Assembly: GCA_026770705.1 (NCBI GenBank) | Contig: JANJGN010000026.1 | Span: 39,060,001-39,124,000, forward strand | Length of the DNA: 64,000 nt | Direction of reading: 5' to 3' | Source: Isurus oxyrinchus | Taxonomy: Eukaryota | Notes under the pieces: generated by a model | Database searches by the model: none | What the model was told of the DNA's origin: nothing | What the model saw: the letters and a program-made list of their open reading frames with translations, nothing else | Translations under genes and position numbers: made by a program | Shown here: positions 48,205-62,355 of the stretch, one piece after another | Numbering within the stretch: the first letter of the stretch is position 1 | Layout: every line of letters begins with the position of its first letter

Positions 48205-51051
48205 ACAAGAGCATGAGGCCATAAGACATAGGAGCAGAAATTAGGCCATTCAGCCCGTCAAGTCTGCTCCACCATTCAATCATGGCTGATAAGTTTCTCA
48301 AACCCATTCTCCCGCCTTCTCCCCGTAACCTTTGATCCCCTTACCAATCAAGATTCTATCTATCTCAGACATAAATACACTCAATGACCTGGCCTCCACA
48401 GCCTTCTGTGGCAAGGAATTCCATAGATTCACCACTCTCTGGCCAAAGAAGTTTCTCCTCATCTCTGTTCTAAGAGGTCTTCCCTTTACTCTGAGGCTGT
48501 GCCCTCAGGTCCTAGTCTCTCCTACTAATGAAACATCTTCCCCACATCCACTCTATCCAGGCCTTTCAGTTTTCTGTAAGTTTCAATCAAAACCCCCCTC
48601 TACCTTCTAAACTCCATCGAGTATCGACCCAGAGTCCTCAAACATTCCTCATATGTTAAGCCTTTCATTCCTGGGATCATTCTCGTTAACCTTCCCTGGA
48701 CCCTCTCCAGGGCCAGCACATCCTTCCTGAGATACAGGGCCCAAAATTGCTCACAATATTCTAAATGTGGTCTGACCAGAGCCTTATAAAGCCTCAGCAG
48801 CACATCCCTGCTTTTATATTCTAGTCCTCTCGAAATAAATGCTGACATTGCATTTGCCTTCCTAACTACCGACTCAACCTGCAAGTTAACCTTAAGAGAA
48901 TCCTGGACTAGGATTCCCAAGTCCCTTTGCACTCCAGATTTCTGAATTCTCCCCGCATTTAGAAAATAGTCCATGCCTCTATTCTTCCCACCGAAATGCA
49001 TGACCTAACACTTCCTCACGTTGTATTCCATCTGCCACTTCTTTGCCTATTCTCCTAACCTGTCTAAATCCTTCTGTAGCCTCTGCTCTCCTCAATACTA
49101 CCTATCCCTCCAGCTATCTTTGTATCATCTGCAAACTTAGCCAGGATGCCCTCAGTTCCTTTCATCGAGATCATTAATGTATAAAGTGAAAAGTTGTGGT
49201 CCCAACACTGACCCCTGCAGAACTCCATTAGTCACCGGCCGTCATCCTGAGAAGGACCCCCTTATCCCCACTCTCTGCCTCCTGCCAGACAGCCGATCTT
49301 CTATCCATGCTAGTACCTTGCCTCTAACACCATGGGCTCTTATCTTACTGAGCAGCCTCCTGTGCGGCACCTTGTCAAAGGCCTTCTGGAAGTCCAAGTA
49401 GATAACATCCATTGGCTCTCCTTTGTCTAACCTACTCATTACCTCCTCAAAGAATTCTAACAGATTTGTCAGGCATGACCTCCCCTTCATGAAACCATAC
49501 TGACCTTGCCCGATTTTACCATGCACTTCTAAGTATTCTGAAATATCATTCTTAATAATGGACACTAAAATCTTACCAACGACCGAGGTCAGGCTAATCA
49601 GCCCGTAATTTCCTGTCTTTTGCCTCACTCCCTTCTTAAACAGGGGGTTACATTAACGATTTTCCAGTCCTCTGCAACCCTCCCTGACTCCAGTGATTCC
49701 TGTAAGATCACCACTAACACCTCCACTATCTCTTCAGCTATCTCCTTCAGAACTCTGGGGTGTAATCCATCTGGTTCAGGTGGTTTATCCACCGTTAGAC
49801 CTTTCAGTTTTCCTAGCACCTTCTCCTTGGTAATGGCCACCATACTCACCTTTGCCCCCTGACTCTCTTGAACTTTGGGGATGTCACTCGTGTCTTCCAC
49901 TGTGAAGACTGACGAAACGTACCTATTCAGTTCCTTCGCCATTTCTTTGTTCCCCGCTACTACTTCTCCAGCGTCATTTTCCAGTGGCCCAAAGTCCACT
50001 TTTGCCTCTCTCTTACCCGTTATATATCTAAAAAAAGCTCTTGCAATCTTCTTTTATGTTACTGGCTAGTTTACCCTCATATTTAATCTTCTCCTTCATT
50101 TCTTTTTTAGTTGTCCTCTGTTGGTCTTTGTAGGCTTCTGACTACTCTTTGCTGCATTGTATGCTTTCTCTTTAGCTTTTATGTTGTCCCTGACTTCCGT
50201 TGTCAGCCATGGTTGCTTCGTCCTCCCTTTAGTATGCTTCTTCTTCCTAGGGATGAATTTTTGCTGTGTCTCCCAAATTACTCCCAGAAACTCCTGCCAT
50301 TGCTGTTCCACTGTCTTTCCTGCTAGGCTCATCTCCCAGTCAATTCTGGCCAGCTCTTCCCTCATGCCTCTGTAGTTGCCTTTATTCAACTGTACTACCG
50401 TTACATTTGATTCCAGCTATTTCCTCTCAATTTGCAGGGTAAATTCAATCATATTATGGTTATTTCTTCCAAAGGGCTCCTTCACCTTAAGCTCCCTTAT
50501 CAAATCTGCCTCATTACACATCACTAAATCTAGAATTGCCTGTTCCCTGGTGGGCTCCACCACAAGCTGCTCCAAAAAGCCATCTCGTAGACATTCCACA
50601 AATTCCTTTTCTTGGGAACCACTACCAACCTGATTTTGCCAGTCTACCTGCATATTGAAATACCCCATGGTCACTGTAACCTTGCCTTTCTTACATGCCT
50701 TTTCTATCTCCTGGTGTATCTTGTGCCCCACATCCTGACTACTGTTCGGAGGCCTGTACATAACTTCCATTATGGTTTCTTACCTTTGCGGTTCCTCAAC
50801 TCTACCCACACAGATTCTACATCATATGACCCTACATCATTTCTTGCCATCGATTTAATTTCATTTCTTACTAACAAAGCAACCCCACTCCCTCTGCCAA
50901 CCCACCTATCTTTTCGATAGGATGCATATCCTTGGATATTTAGCTCATGGTCCTGATCCCCTTGCAGCCATGTCTCCATAAAGACCACCACACATACCTG
51001 CCAATTTCAATCTGCGCCACAAGCTCATTTACCTTACATTATACGACGCTT
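48205..51051 (-). mobile_element. CR1 LINE ORF2 (APE endonuclease + RT), frameshifted, nested in another CR1
   Basis: METWL, YRKDR..GRGSGVALLV, YRPPN, LDLVMCN (APE); SLTSVVGKIL, YLDFQKAFDKVPH, RPHLEYC (RT). Confidence 0.95.
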
Positions 51052-51390
51052 CATCCTCTCCACTTCCACTCTGTCCAGACCCCTCAGGATCCTATATGTT
51101 TCAGTCAAGTCGCCTCTTACTCTTCTAAACTCCAGAAGATATAAGCCTAGCCTGTCCAACTACTCCTCATTAGACAACCCACCCATTCCAAGTATTAGTC
51201 TAATAAGCCTTCTCTGAAGCTCTTACAACACATTTACATCCTTCCTTAAATAAGATGACCAATACAGTGCACAGTACACCAAACATGATCTCACTGGTGT
51301 CCTGTATAGCTGAAGCATAACTTCTGTACTTTCTTATTCAATTCCCCTCGCAATAAGTGATAACATTCTATTAGTTTTCCCAATTACTTA
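51052..51390 (-). mobile_element. Upstream part of the host CR1
   Basis: Continues the CR1 3' region collinear with the 8640-10190 copy. Confidence 0.75.
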
Positions 51391-51664
51391 CCATTTCTCC
51401 TTTTATCTTTCTCTCAGCACTGTATCTGTGTATATAATGCTATCTGCAGTTTAACTTATTAATGCACTGGACCATGCCTCGATATACATTACAATTGACC
51501 TTTTCTCAGTTATTACTGCACTCGACTATGTCTCCCTCTATATTACATTATATGATGCTTCATTTATTAATGCACATAGCCGTGCCTCTATATATACTGC
51601 AAGTGACCATTTCTGAACTGCTGTTGCATTGCACAAAGTCTCCGTTTGTATTATATTAGGATTT

Positions 51665-52830
51665 ATCTGACAACCAACATATGAAAAAAGTTATTGCACA
51701 TGGAATAAAAGGGGCAGAAGCAATGTGGATACAAAATTAGCTGAAAAAAAGGAAGCAGGGAGTAATGGTCGATGGATGTTTTTTGGGCTGGAGGAAGGTT
51801 TGTAGTGCAGTTCCCCACGGGTCGGTATTGGGACCCTTGCTTTTCCTGATATATATTAACGATCTATGCCTTGTTGTGCAGGGGACAGGTTGAAATTTTG
51901 CGGATGATACGAAGCTTGGGAGTGTTGCAAACTGCCAAGAGAACGGTGTGAAACTTCAAGAGGACACAGCGAAGTTGGTGGAGTGGACAGATAGGTGGCA
52001 GATGAAGTCCAATGTAGGGAAATATGAGGTGATGCATTTTGGTAAGAGGAACATGGACAGACAATATAAAATAAGAGGTGGAGTTTTGAAAGGAGTGCAG
52101 GAGCAGAAAGACTAGGGTGTAGATATGCATTGATCATTGAAAGTGGCAGGACAGGTGGAGAGAGCAGTTAATAAAGCATATAGTATCCTGGGCTCTATTA
52201 ATAGGGGCATCGAGTACAAGAGCAGGGAGGTTATGCTGAATTTATATAAGGCCCTCATTAGAACTCACCAGGGATATTGTGTACCATCCTTGGTACCATA
52301 TTTTAGGAAGGATGTGAAGATATTAAAGGGAGTGCTGAAGAGGTTTACAAGAATATTCCCAGGGATGAGAAACTTCAGTTATGAGGATAGATTGGAGAAG
52401 TTGGGATTATGTTCCATGGAGAGGAGAAGGCTGAGAGGAGATTTGATTGAAGTTTTCAAAATCATGAGTGGGCTGGACAGAGCAGAGAGGAAGCAGGTGT
52501 TCCCATTAGTGAAAGGATAAAGAATGAGACGGCACAGGTTTAAAATGATTTGCAAAAGAAACAAATGTGACGTAAAAAAAGCTTTTTCACAGGAATGGTT
52601 TGGGTCTGGAATACAATGCCTGGGAGTGTGAGGGAGGCAAGTCCAATTGAGGCATTCAAGAGAGCATTAAATGATTATTTGAATTGAATTGAAATAGAAG
52701 GTGCAAGGGTGCGGGGAAAAGCTGGGGCAATTGCACATGGTCAGAATGCTCATTTGGAGAGCCGATGCAGACAAGATGAGCCGAATGGCCTCCTTCTGTG
52801 CCGTTAAAGTTCTGTGATTCTATGATCCTG
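51665..52830 (+). mobile_element. CR1 LINE RT/3' fragment
   Basis: VPHGSVLGPLLFLIYINDL, FADDTKL, LEKLGL...RRRLRGDLIEVFKI. Confidence 0.93.
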
Positions 52831-53460
52831 TGATACTACTGTATTAGGCTGTGTCATTCATTATTCTATTCTTCTATGTCTCACCTTATATTATGAAGGT
52901 CCTAGCCCATTTATTAATATACTTGACCAAGTCTCAGTTATTACTGCACTATAAAAGGTCTCTGCTAACTGGATAGAACGGGAGAGAGAGCCAGGTGGAT
53001 AGATGGGTATTAATTTTGATATGTTATAATATCTTGTAGGTAAAAAGATTTTGGAAGAATACATTTAGTCTTGTTAATAACTATTAGACGTTATGTGCAA
53101 TTTCTAATTGCTCTGGTGTGATGTGTATAATGTTTGTGTTGAAAGTTTGGGGTGAATCTGGTAACATTCCCTTCATCAATGAGATTGAGGAACAGAAATA
53201 AAGGTGAGCCACATTGCACTGCACATTTCAGAACTTAGTCACAAACTGCATGTGTTGGAGATGAATAATTCATACTTGAGTTGATCAGTGGCAAGTGGTC
53301 ACAGTTTTCTTTAATTTCCAGATATTTTTCACTTTTCCAATGGGAATTTCTGTTTGATTTGGCGTGGCCACTAATTGTGAGAGATAGGGTCTGAAGGCGC
53401 ATCCTCAGGTGAATGGGCAGCCGTTGGCTCCTAATAACTAATTTTCTTGTATGTGAAAGT

Positions 53461-53520
53461 TGTGTGTGTGTGTGTGTGTGTGTGTGTCTGTGTGTGTTTG
53501 TGTCTGTGTGTGTGTGTGTG
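53461..53520. repeat. (TG)n microsatellite
   Basis: Direct reading. Confidence 0.95.
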
Positions 53521-54229
53521 AATGTGTGCAGCTGTATGTGTGGTTGTGGATGCGGGTATGTCTAGAACATATCATGCTTCATTGCTTGCAAAAGACATCA
53601 TTATTTTTCACATTACGATAGTTTATTGAGAATATATCTATATGCTACCTATGCTACCATTAATATTTATCGGTAATGCATTGTCTTGAGTGCTCTGGAA
53701 AGTAATGCCAAGCTGGCCATTGTAAAGTTGTAAAGGAAAATACATCTTTTAAATGACTCACTGAACTTCTTCCCTCTCTTCCTCTGTCTCAGACTACACC
53801 TAAATCAGTTAACCCCTCTTCTCTCTCTCAGACTTCACTTAACTCACTTACACAGACTGACAAGGGCTGGATCTGGCAGCTACGAAGAACCAATGTTTAA
53901 ATATTTTGCTTAAGGCACATTATCACTGAAAAGATTAAGTGCCAAAACTTCATCAGAGGAAAATTCAGTGCCATAAAGACACCAGCTCACTCACTTAACC
54001 TCTCTCCTCTCTTTCTCTGAGGCAGCACCAAACCCTCTTAAAACTTTCCATTTCAGAATAACCTCCTGTGAGCGGTTTTATTGTTTTAATTTCCGCTTTT
54101 TTCTCCTTCAGTCCATCTCGTCTTCGGTTAATATGTTAGAACTAAAACAATCTCATTTATTTAGTTCCTTAAAATGAGAATGGAGGTGAATGCAATGCTG
54201 AGACCGGCACCAATCTGTGATGCTATCAG

Positions 54230-54470
54230 AGTGAGTTCACCCTCACAGGCAGGATGACTGTTCACGGCGATAACATGAAACTGACATCTGCTGTTTCATT
54301 CTCAGGTAACACAACTTCCTGTTTCTCTGCTGCCGGTTCCAAACCGCACATCTCACTTCAGAGCAGAAAATAAATCCAGGGACCACAATCTTGTGAGAAC
54401 ATCTGTCAAGGCGGCTTATATTTGGCCACAGAGTCAGGGCAGAGTCACACAGATCACATTGCGGTGACAC
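54230..54470. promoter_or_regulatory. Candidate lymphoid enhancer (RUNX/ETS/E-box/IRF cluster)
   Basis: AACCGCA 54342, GACCACA 54381, GGCCACA 54424, TGCGGT 54460, ACTTCCTGT 54314, CATCTG 54285 and 54400, TGAAACTGA 54276. Confidence 0.45.
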
Positions 54471-54839
54471 TTACAAATGAGACCGTGTGATCCGTTTAGA
54501 GCTTCCATTTCCAGGACATAACTGGATGGTCAGTCACTGAGCTCCCTCGAGTCCCTGAAGCGGGGAAATGAGATCTTGCCACCTTTCATTTTTCGTTGTC
54601 ATGCTCCACCACCCACCTCCCCCAACTCTAACTCAGCTTCCACACCGCACCAATCCCCTCATCCCGCCACCGGCCACACACACACACTCCCTACACATAC
54701 GCTTTCCCTCGAAACTTGTTTCCTCTGTTTCTCTGCAACATTCATTTTGTTCTAATTTCATTTTAAGTCTCCTTCCCTAGTTTTATCACTGTCTATCTCT
54801 CTAGTGTATCTCTCTCCACCTCTCTGTTTGTCTATTGAA

Positions 54840-55120
54840 TAGAAGTGTTCAAAATCATGAAAGTTTGATACTGTGAATAAAGAGAGACTATTTCAACTGG
54901 TAGGAGGGTCGGTAACCAGGGGACGCACATTTACTTTATTGAGCAGGAAGACAGGAGGATAATTGTTTATTTTTTTTTAACAGGACGAGTTGTTCTGAAC
55001 TGGAATGCACAGCTTGAAAGGGTGATGGAATCAGATTAATAGTAACTTTGTAAAATGAATTCGATAAATATTTGAAGGGGTGAAAATTTGAAGGATTACT
55101 GGGAATGGGGCCAATTGAAC
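54840..55120 (+). mobile_element. Short degraded CR1 3' fragment
   Basis: gaagtgttcaaaatcatga...ggtaaccagggga...ctggaatgcacagcttgaaagggtgatgga. Confidence 0.7.
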
Positions 55121-58100
55121 GTCTCATCTATATCATTGTCCCAGCACCTTTCCTGTATCTACCTCTATCCCTCATTGAGCCCAAATAAAATGCAATGTTT
55201 ATACAGCTTTCGTCTTCTGCTAATCCTGTCTTTTGACAGCGCTTGAGTGTGTGTGTGTCGCTAATTGCCAGGAATCATTCAGAAGTTCACTAATGTGCAC
55301 AAACCACTACTTTGAACAAAATAATAACACTGAATAGAGCTCGTTTAGTAGAAAGCACGATTATCTTTAAGATTTTCGGCTCTGATTTTACCTTTCGTGA
55401 GGTTTTGGTGTTTAATCCTTTCAGTCATCATGTGCCTCAAGCTGAAGATTTAAACATTGGTTTCTACAAGCTGCCGGGTCCGGCGCTTGCGTGTTTGTGT
55501 AAATGGTGAACTGTCGGTAAGAATGAGAAGGAGCAGATTATTTTCTGTTCCTCTGACAGATGCAGCATTGACGCTGCAGATATCAGAAATCTCTGGAGTC
55601 CACCATTATTGTCCTCCCCTTGGGTATAACAGCTCTCAGTCAGGTGGAGTCAGTCACACGGGCCTCTGTCGTGATGTTTCTGCTCCGTTTTTACCACACA
55701 AATCCCTGGGTCACTCACCATAACACAGAAGCCTGCGCTAAGGCCCTAAACATCATTGCTTCCTTACACTTTCACACCCAATTACAGTCAGATGTTTATT
55801 AGAACCCCTGCCTCTCTTTATGTCAGATTACCAGCAGCCTCTGTTATTGACACACTGGAGCCGGCCTCTGATTATTATTGGACTAGGCCCCAGTCTGGCC
55901 CGGGGCCGGCAGTCAGAATTCGCTTTGCAAATGCAAGGAGGAAGAAGTTATTTGAATTTTTGGAGAGGGCGGGACGGTCAAAGCAGCAACAATGTCCCAG
56001 GAACCCGTCCTTTGCTGGATGGAGAAATTGTCCAGAGTTTCTCTGTCTTTAATTCCTCCTGCTGAGTGTAAGAAAATAATGGATAAAAGAACAGAAAGGC
56101 TGACATATAAACTCTCACCGTGAGCACTGGGCGTTATTAAATGGTCAACTCTCTGGATTGAGGCTTCAATCCACAACCTTTTGACCCAGGGGTAAACGTG
56201 ATGCTAATTCGTCAATTCTGACATAATGTCAGTTTCCATTGCATTAGTACAACAGTAACACATGACAGACGCTAGAAATCTAAAATAAAAACCGAATGTG
56301 CTGGAAATCCTCAACAGGTCAGACAGCAGGTGTCGAGTCTGTTTGTTTTCCGGGTCGTCATACTATTTGCTGCCTTGGGGAAAGGGTGGAGAGGTGGGAG
56401 GATTTTGGAGGCTAATTAAAAACCGGCGTTCTGTCACACGGACACTTTTCCCGTGGTCAACGGAGCCGGGATTGGAATCTGAACACAGATCTTACAGCTC
56501 AAAAGCAGGAGGACCGCCAACTGTACCACTCGGGAGTGCAGTGGCTCTGGAGAGAAGCAGAGTTAAAGTTTCTAATCGATGACCCCGGTTCTGCTGAAGG
56601 CTAATCGCCATGAAACGTTCACTCAGTCTATCGCCACAGATTCTGCCTGAGCTGCAGAGTGATTCCAGAATGTTATGTTTTATTTGCTATTACACTAGAC
56701 TGTGTCGGTATTATTGCACCAACTCCATTCCATTCAGATTGCAGTGGCGCGTGACTCTGTTATTGGGCATTAGGCAAAAGATTTGCTATTGTATCCATTG
56801 GCGCTGTCTCACACACACTATTATATCAGACCCAACTTCGATTTGGGTGGATCAGGTGCTGACTGTGCCGTTATCACACTGGATCCAGTGATTTAATCAC
56901 GCACTGCAACCTGCTGTCCTGTGTTATCATGAAACATTGTATTTTTTACACACAACTTTCCTGTTCCCTATATCCAATGTCACTGTATAAAACGCTGTCT
57001 CTGTAATGGTTGCACGAAGAGGCCACCTGTCATTCAAATTCTAATGCAAACCTCTCTCATTATTTCTGAAAACCTTGTGCCGATCAGTTTTCAATAGGAA
57101 TCTATTTCTGATTTTGTTAACGCTGAACCTGTTTCTGTTAGTGTTTCACCATGACCTCTTTCAGTTGTTATTTTACACAAAGCATTTTTGTTATCATGAT
57201 CACACAAATACCGGATCATTCAATGTTATACCAGTCCGCCCTCTCTCTTATTCCTGGACTAGCCCATTTCTCTGCTTATATTACTCCCTGGGTAAATTTG
57301 TGTTATCACTGCACCAGCGCATAACCCTGTTTGTATTGGACTCGGTATTGTGTCTGTTATTACTACACTAGCCGATATTTCTGCTTATATAACACCAGGC
57401 TCTGTATCTGATATTACTGCACTAGCCCATATCCCTGGTTATATAACATCAGGTCTTGTCTCTGCTTATGTTACACCAGGTCCGTTCTCTGTTTATGCTC
57501 CACTAGATCCTGGTTTATTTTCGGTAAGATTACATTGAATATACAACCTACAGACAAACCAATCAGTCCAAGAATGATTCGATTGGTTGTGGTGGAGTTT
57601 GTGAAAGTAACAGTTAAAAAAGCGGAAACAGAAATAGTGGAAGTTCTCTGGAGAGGAGCAGGAGTTTCAATCCTTCCCTTCAACAGAAGTAATACATCGG
57701 AGAATTACAGGCGTATTTATCTCATGTCAGGTAAAGGTAAAGTTTGATTTTTGCCATCACTTGCAAAAATCATCACACATTCAAGATGATCATGAACTTC
57801 TGTGAGATGTTGAGATGTTCATTTGTTAATAAACTGCAGGTTATTCTCGATGTGATTTAATCCACTTTCCAACTGATCGCCAGGGACAGATAAGCCACCT
57901 TAGAAACGAAATAGTCAGTCTGACATCATTTGATAAACAAATGCACGCACAAGATTGGTTATCAAAAAATATTCACAGTAATAAACAATCTGCAATTAAA
58001 ATAAATGCATAGTTTTGGATTTGAACACAATCACTTAAGGCGTGAATGGGCTGAAGGGAGAAGTGAAGGGAAATTACTAAAAAAATGATTTTCTCCAAAG

Positions 58101-58146
58101 AGTGGTATTAGATAATAAGAGACTCAGAATAAATAAGGGACTCTCG

Positions 58147-58179
<33 letters not shown>

Positions 58180-58619
58180 TCCAGTGAGTTAGATGCTGCA
58201 GAGAGAGAAGAGACTCTGAGTTTGGTGATAGACGTGCTCGTCTTAGTAACGAAATGGTCAGTTTGACATCACTTTCTAAACAGAAGTACACAATGAAACA
58301 TGTTATCAATAAACATTTACAGTATTAAGTCATCCGCAGTTACAGTTTGAGTAAAATAAAAATAAATACTGAAACATTCTGGTGAAGATCATCATTCATC
58401 TTTGAGAAATGGCGGCATAAGCAAGAGGCATGATTTTCTTTGGACACAACACGCATAACTGACAATATCCGATATATAATTTATTTGACTGAAACTAATT
58501 GAAAATAATGTCAGGTGCTGCAAAGAACAGGCCATCCAAACCCACCCTTTTTAGGTCAACGCCAGAGAACAATTCCCACCTCAACATCTTTGTGTATAAT
58601 ATTATCTCTCCAACTCAGA

Positions 58620-60160
58620 GAGGCATAGACCTCTGTAGTAATAACCGAGGCATTGCCTCATGTGGTAATAACTGAGGCAGGGTTAGCGCAGTGATTACTG
58701 AATCTGGGTTAATATCAATTGATATTAATCCTCTCTCGAGGCTAGAACAGTAATGATTGTTCCGGCAGATGGATTAATAACATCCTAGACAGGGTCTGGT
58801 GCAGTAATAACTGAGGTTGCCTCCAAGGTAAGATAAACAAAAACATGATCTTGTGGAGTGAAAACAGAGGCAAGGCGAGTGTAATATAGGGAGATGTGTG
58901 GATTAGTGCAGCAACAACTAAGACAGGATTTAGCGTTGTATATACAGACACTGGGTCCAGAACAGTAATAACTGAGACAACGTCACTGTATGTAATACAA
59001 CCAGAGCTGCGGCCGAATTCAGGAACAGCTGAGACAAGGCCAAGCACTGAAATAACTGAGGGAGGAACTGGTGTAATATTATCATTGACATAATCTATTT
59101 CAATATAAACAAAATCAGGGTCTGGTGCACTAATACTGAGACAGGGCCGAGTGCACCAATTATTGATACAGCACCTACAGTAATACAAACGAAGGCTGGG
59201 CCTAGTATCAGCAATTATTGAGCAGGATTTAGTGCAGTAATAACAGACTTAACCTTGTGTAGTATAAACAGAGACATGGCCTACACAGAAATAACAAAGG
59301 CAGTGTCTATTTTAATATAAACAGAGACAATATCTGGTGTAATATAAACTTTGGCAGGGTCTTGTGTAATATAAATTGAGACAGGGTCTAATGTAATATA
59401 AACTGAGACAGGGTCTTGTGTAATATAAACTGAGATAGAGCCTAGTGCAATACAAACTGAGGCAGGGTCCAGTGTAATATAAACAGAGACGGGCTCTAAT
59501 GTAATATGAATCGAGACGGGTTCCAGTGTAATATAAGCTGAGACGAGGTCTAATGTAATATAAAATGGAGACTGTCTACTGTAATATAAATTGAGATAGG
59601 GGCGAGCAGAATGTAAGCAAAGGCATGATCTAGTGGAATAAAAAGTGGAGCAGTGCCGAGTGCAGTATTAATCGAGACAGGGTCTTGTGTAATATGAACA
59701 GCGACATGATCTAGTTTAATAATAACTGAGGCAGGAGCTCGTGAAGGGAAACTATTACGGGGCATTTTGCAGTTTTATCTGATACAGGACCTTGTCAAAT
59801 ATCAACTGAGACAGAACCTGGTACAGAAATTACCAACACAGGACCTGGATTCATATAAACAGAGAAATGGACAAGTGCAGCAATAAGAGAGAGAGACACA
59901 GTATTATACAATAAAAATAGTGACAGGGCATCGTATGATCTAAACAGAGACATGGACTGGTGCAGCATTGGCCGAGGCATCCCCTAGTTTAGTATGAATG
60001 TGGCAGGGTTTAGTAGTGTAATAACTGAAATAGCCTTGTGCCATGCATACTGGAACATGTTCTAGCTTAACATAAGCAGAGACAAGTACTGTTGCAGTAA
60101 CAACTGAGATATGGATTATTATCACATTAGCCAAGACAAGGTTTAATTCATTGATAACTG
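58620..60160 (-). repeat. Degenerate 27-bp satellite array (inverted)
   Basis: gtgtaatataaactgagacagggtct and gtgcagtaataactgag units. Confidence 0.85.
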
Positions 60161-60164
60161 AGGA

Positions 60165-60800
60165 ATGTATAAGAAGGCATATGGGACACTTGCCTTTATT
60201 AGATGAGGCATAGAATATAAGAGCAGGGAGGTTATGCTGGAATTGTATGAAATGCTGGCTAGGCCACAGCTGGAGTATTGCGTGCAGTTCTGGAATCCGC
60301 ATTATAAGAAGGATGTGATTGCACTAGAGAGAGTGCAGATGAGAATTACCAGGATGTTGACTAGGCTGAAGAGTTTTAGTTATGAGGAGAGATTGGATAG
60401 GCTTGGGTTATTTTCCTTGGAGTAGAGGAGATTGAGGGGGGATATGACTGAGGTATAAAAATTATGAGGGTCATAGATAGGGTAGACAGGAAGGAACTTT
60501 TCCCCTTGGTGGAGGGATCAATAACCAGTGGGCATAGATTTAAGGTAAAGGGCAGAATGCTCAGGGGGAATGTGGGGATGAACTTTTTCACCCAGAGGGC
60601 GGTGCGAATCTGGAACTCACTGCCTGAAAGGGTGATAGAGGCAGAAACCCTATAACATTAAAGGAGTATTTGGATGTGCGCTTGAATTGCCATGGGCCTT
60701 GTGCTGGAAAATCGTATTAAAATAGTTAGGTACTTGTTTGACGGGCGCAGACTCGATGGGCCGAAGGGCCTTTTTCTGTACCGTAGACCTCTCTGACTCT
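60165..60800 (+). mobile_element. CR1 LINE 3' fragment
   Basis: RPQLEYCVQFWNP, FFTQRAVRIWNSLPE; tail ctctctgactcta. Confidence 0.93.
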
Positions 60801-61099
60801 AATGTCTAGTGTAATATGGCCTTTGTCCAATACATTAACAACTAAAATTGAACCTATTACAGAAACAACTGAGACACAACCTGTTGTAATATGGTCAGAG
60901 ACATGGCTTAGTGTAATATATACAGACACAGGGTCAAGTTTAACGTGAACAGGGACAGGGATGAGTGCAGAAATGATTGAGGCAGTGCCTGTTTCATTTT
61001 GTGTCTGTTTTATTTGTTTTACTGCCATCTACTGGACAGGCTCTGCTATTGCAGGCGTTGTAAAAAAGTCGATTTTAGTTACTGCTTCTGATACTAATG

Positions 61100-62355
61100 A
61101 CCATTACAGCACAGAAGGATGCCTTACGGCCAGTCCTGCCCGTGCTGAACTTCTGAAGGAGCCATTGACATAACGCCCCGTACTCCAGCGTTTTTTTCAC
61201 CTTTTTCAGGTAATGATCCAATTTCCTTTTTAAAGCATTGATTGTCCCTCAATCCACCACACTCTTAGGCAGTGCATTCCAAATCCTAACCACTCACTGC
61301 GTGAAGGCGTTTATCCCCTTGACTCAATTGCTTCTTTCCCGGGTTCTTTTAAACCTGTGCCCACTGGTTCTCGATTCTTCCTCGAATGGGCACAATTTCT
61401 CCCTATCTGCTCTGTCCAGACCCATCATGATTTTTAATACTCCTATTAAAACTCCTCTACACTTTCTCTTCCCCAAGGAGATTGAAGCCAACTTGCCCAC
61501 TCTTTAAACATAACTGGAGATCTTCATCCCTAGAACATGTCCCACAAATCTTTCCTGTGCCCTCTCTCATGCCTTCAAATTCTTCCTAAAGTGTTGTGCC
61601 CGGAATTGGACTCCATTCTCCAGCTGAGGCCTAACCAGTGTGTCACACAAATCTAACATAACCTCCGTGCTTTTATACCCTTTCCCCTACGATAAAGTCC
61701 AGGATGCTGTACGTTTTATTAACCACACTCTCTACTTGTCCTGTCACCTTCAATGATTTATACATATAAACAGCTCTGGTGCTGCAGCCTCTTTGGATCC
61801 GTACTCTCTTTTGTATTGTCTCTCTGCGTTCCTTCTCCAAAAATGAACCATTTCTCGCCTTCCCTGCGTTAAATTTCATCTGTTACTTGTCTGCCCTTTC
61901 CACCAACCTCTCTATGTTGTCTTGAAATTCTCCACTATCCTCCTAATGGCTCACAATGCTTCCACATTTCGCATCGTCTGTATATTTTGAAATTGTGCCC
62001 TGTACACCAAGGCCCAGTTCATTAATAAGTATCATGAAAAGCAGGCGTCCTAGCACTGATCCCTGGGGAACTTCATTATAATCCTTCCCCGAGCCCGAAA
62101 ATCAACCGTTCAAAACTACTCTTTGTTTCCTGGCACTCAGCCAATTCCCTCTCCATGTTGCTACCGTCCGTTTTATTCCAGTGAGCTCCAACTTTACTCA
62201 CAAATCTGCTCTGCGGTAAATCATCAAATGTCTTTTGGAAGTCCATGTAAACCACGTCAACAGCATTGGCCTCATCAACCATCGCTGTTATGTCATAAAA
62301 AATTCAATAAAGTTAGTTAAACATAATTTACCCTTTACTGGTCCATGCTGGCTTA
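61100..62355 (-). mobile_element. CR1 LINE RT/3' fragment, degraded
   Basis: VDVVYMDFQKTFD, VPQGSVLG, MKFNAGK. Confidence 0.88.

Noticed and set aside
55312-56891. Cluster of short ORFs suggesting a gene
   Set aside because: No coherent exon chain or protein similarity that I can recognise; partly SINE/Penelope fragments.
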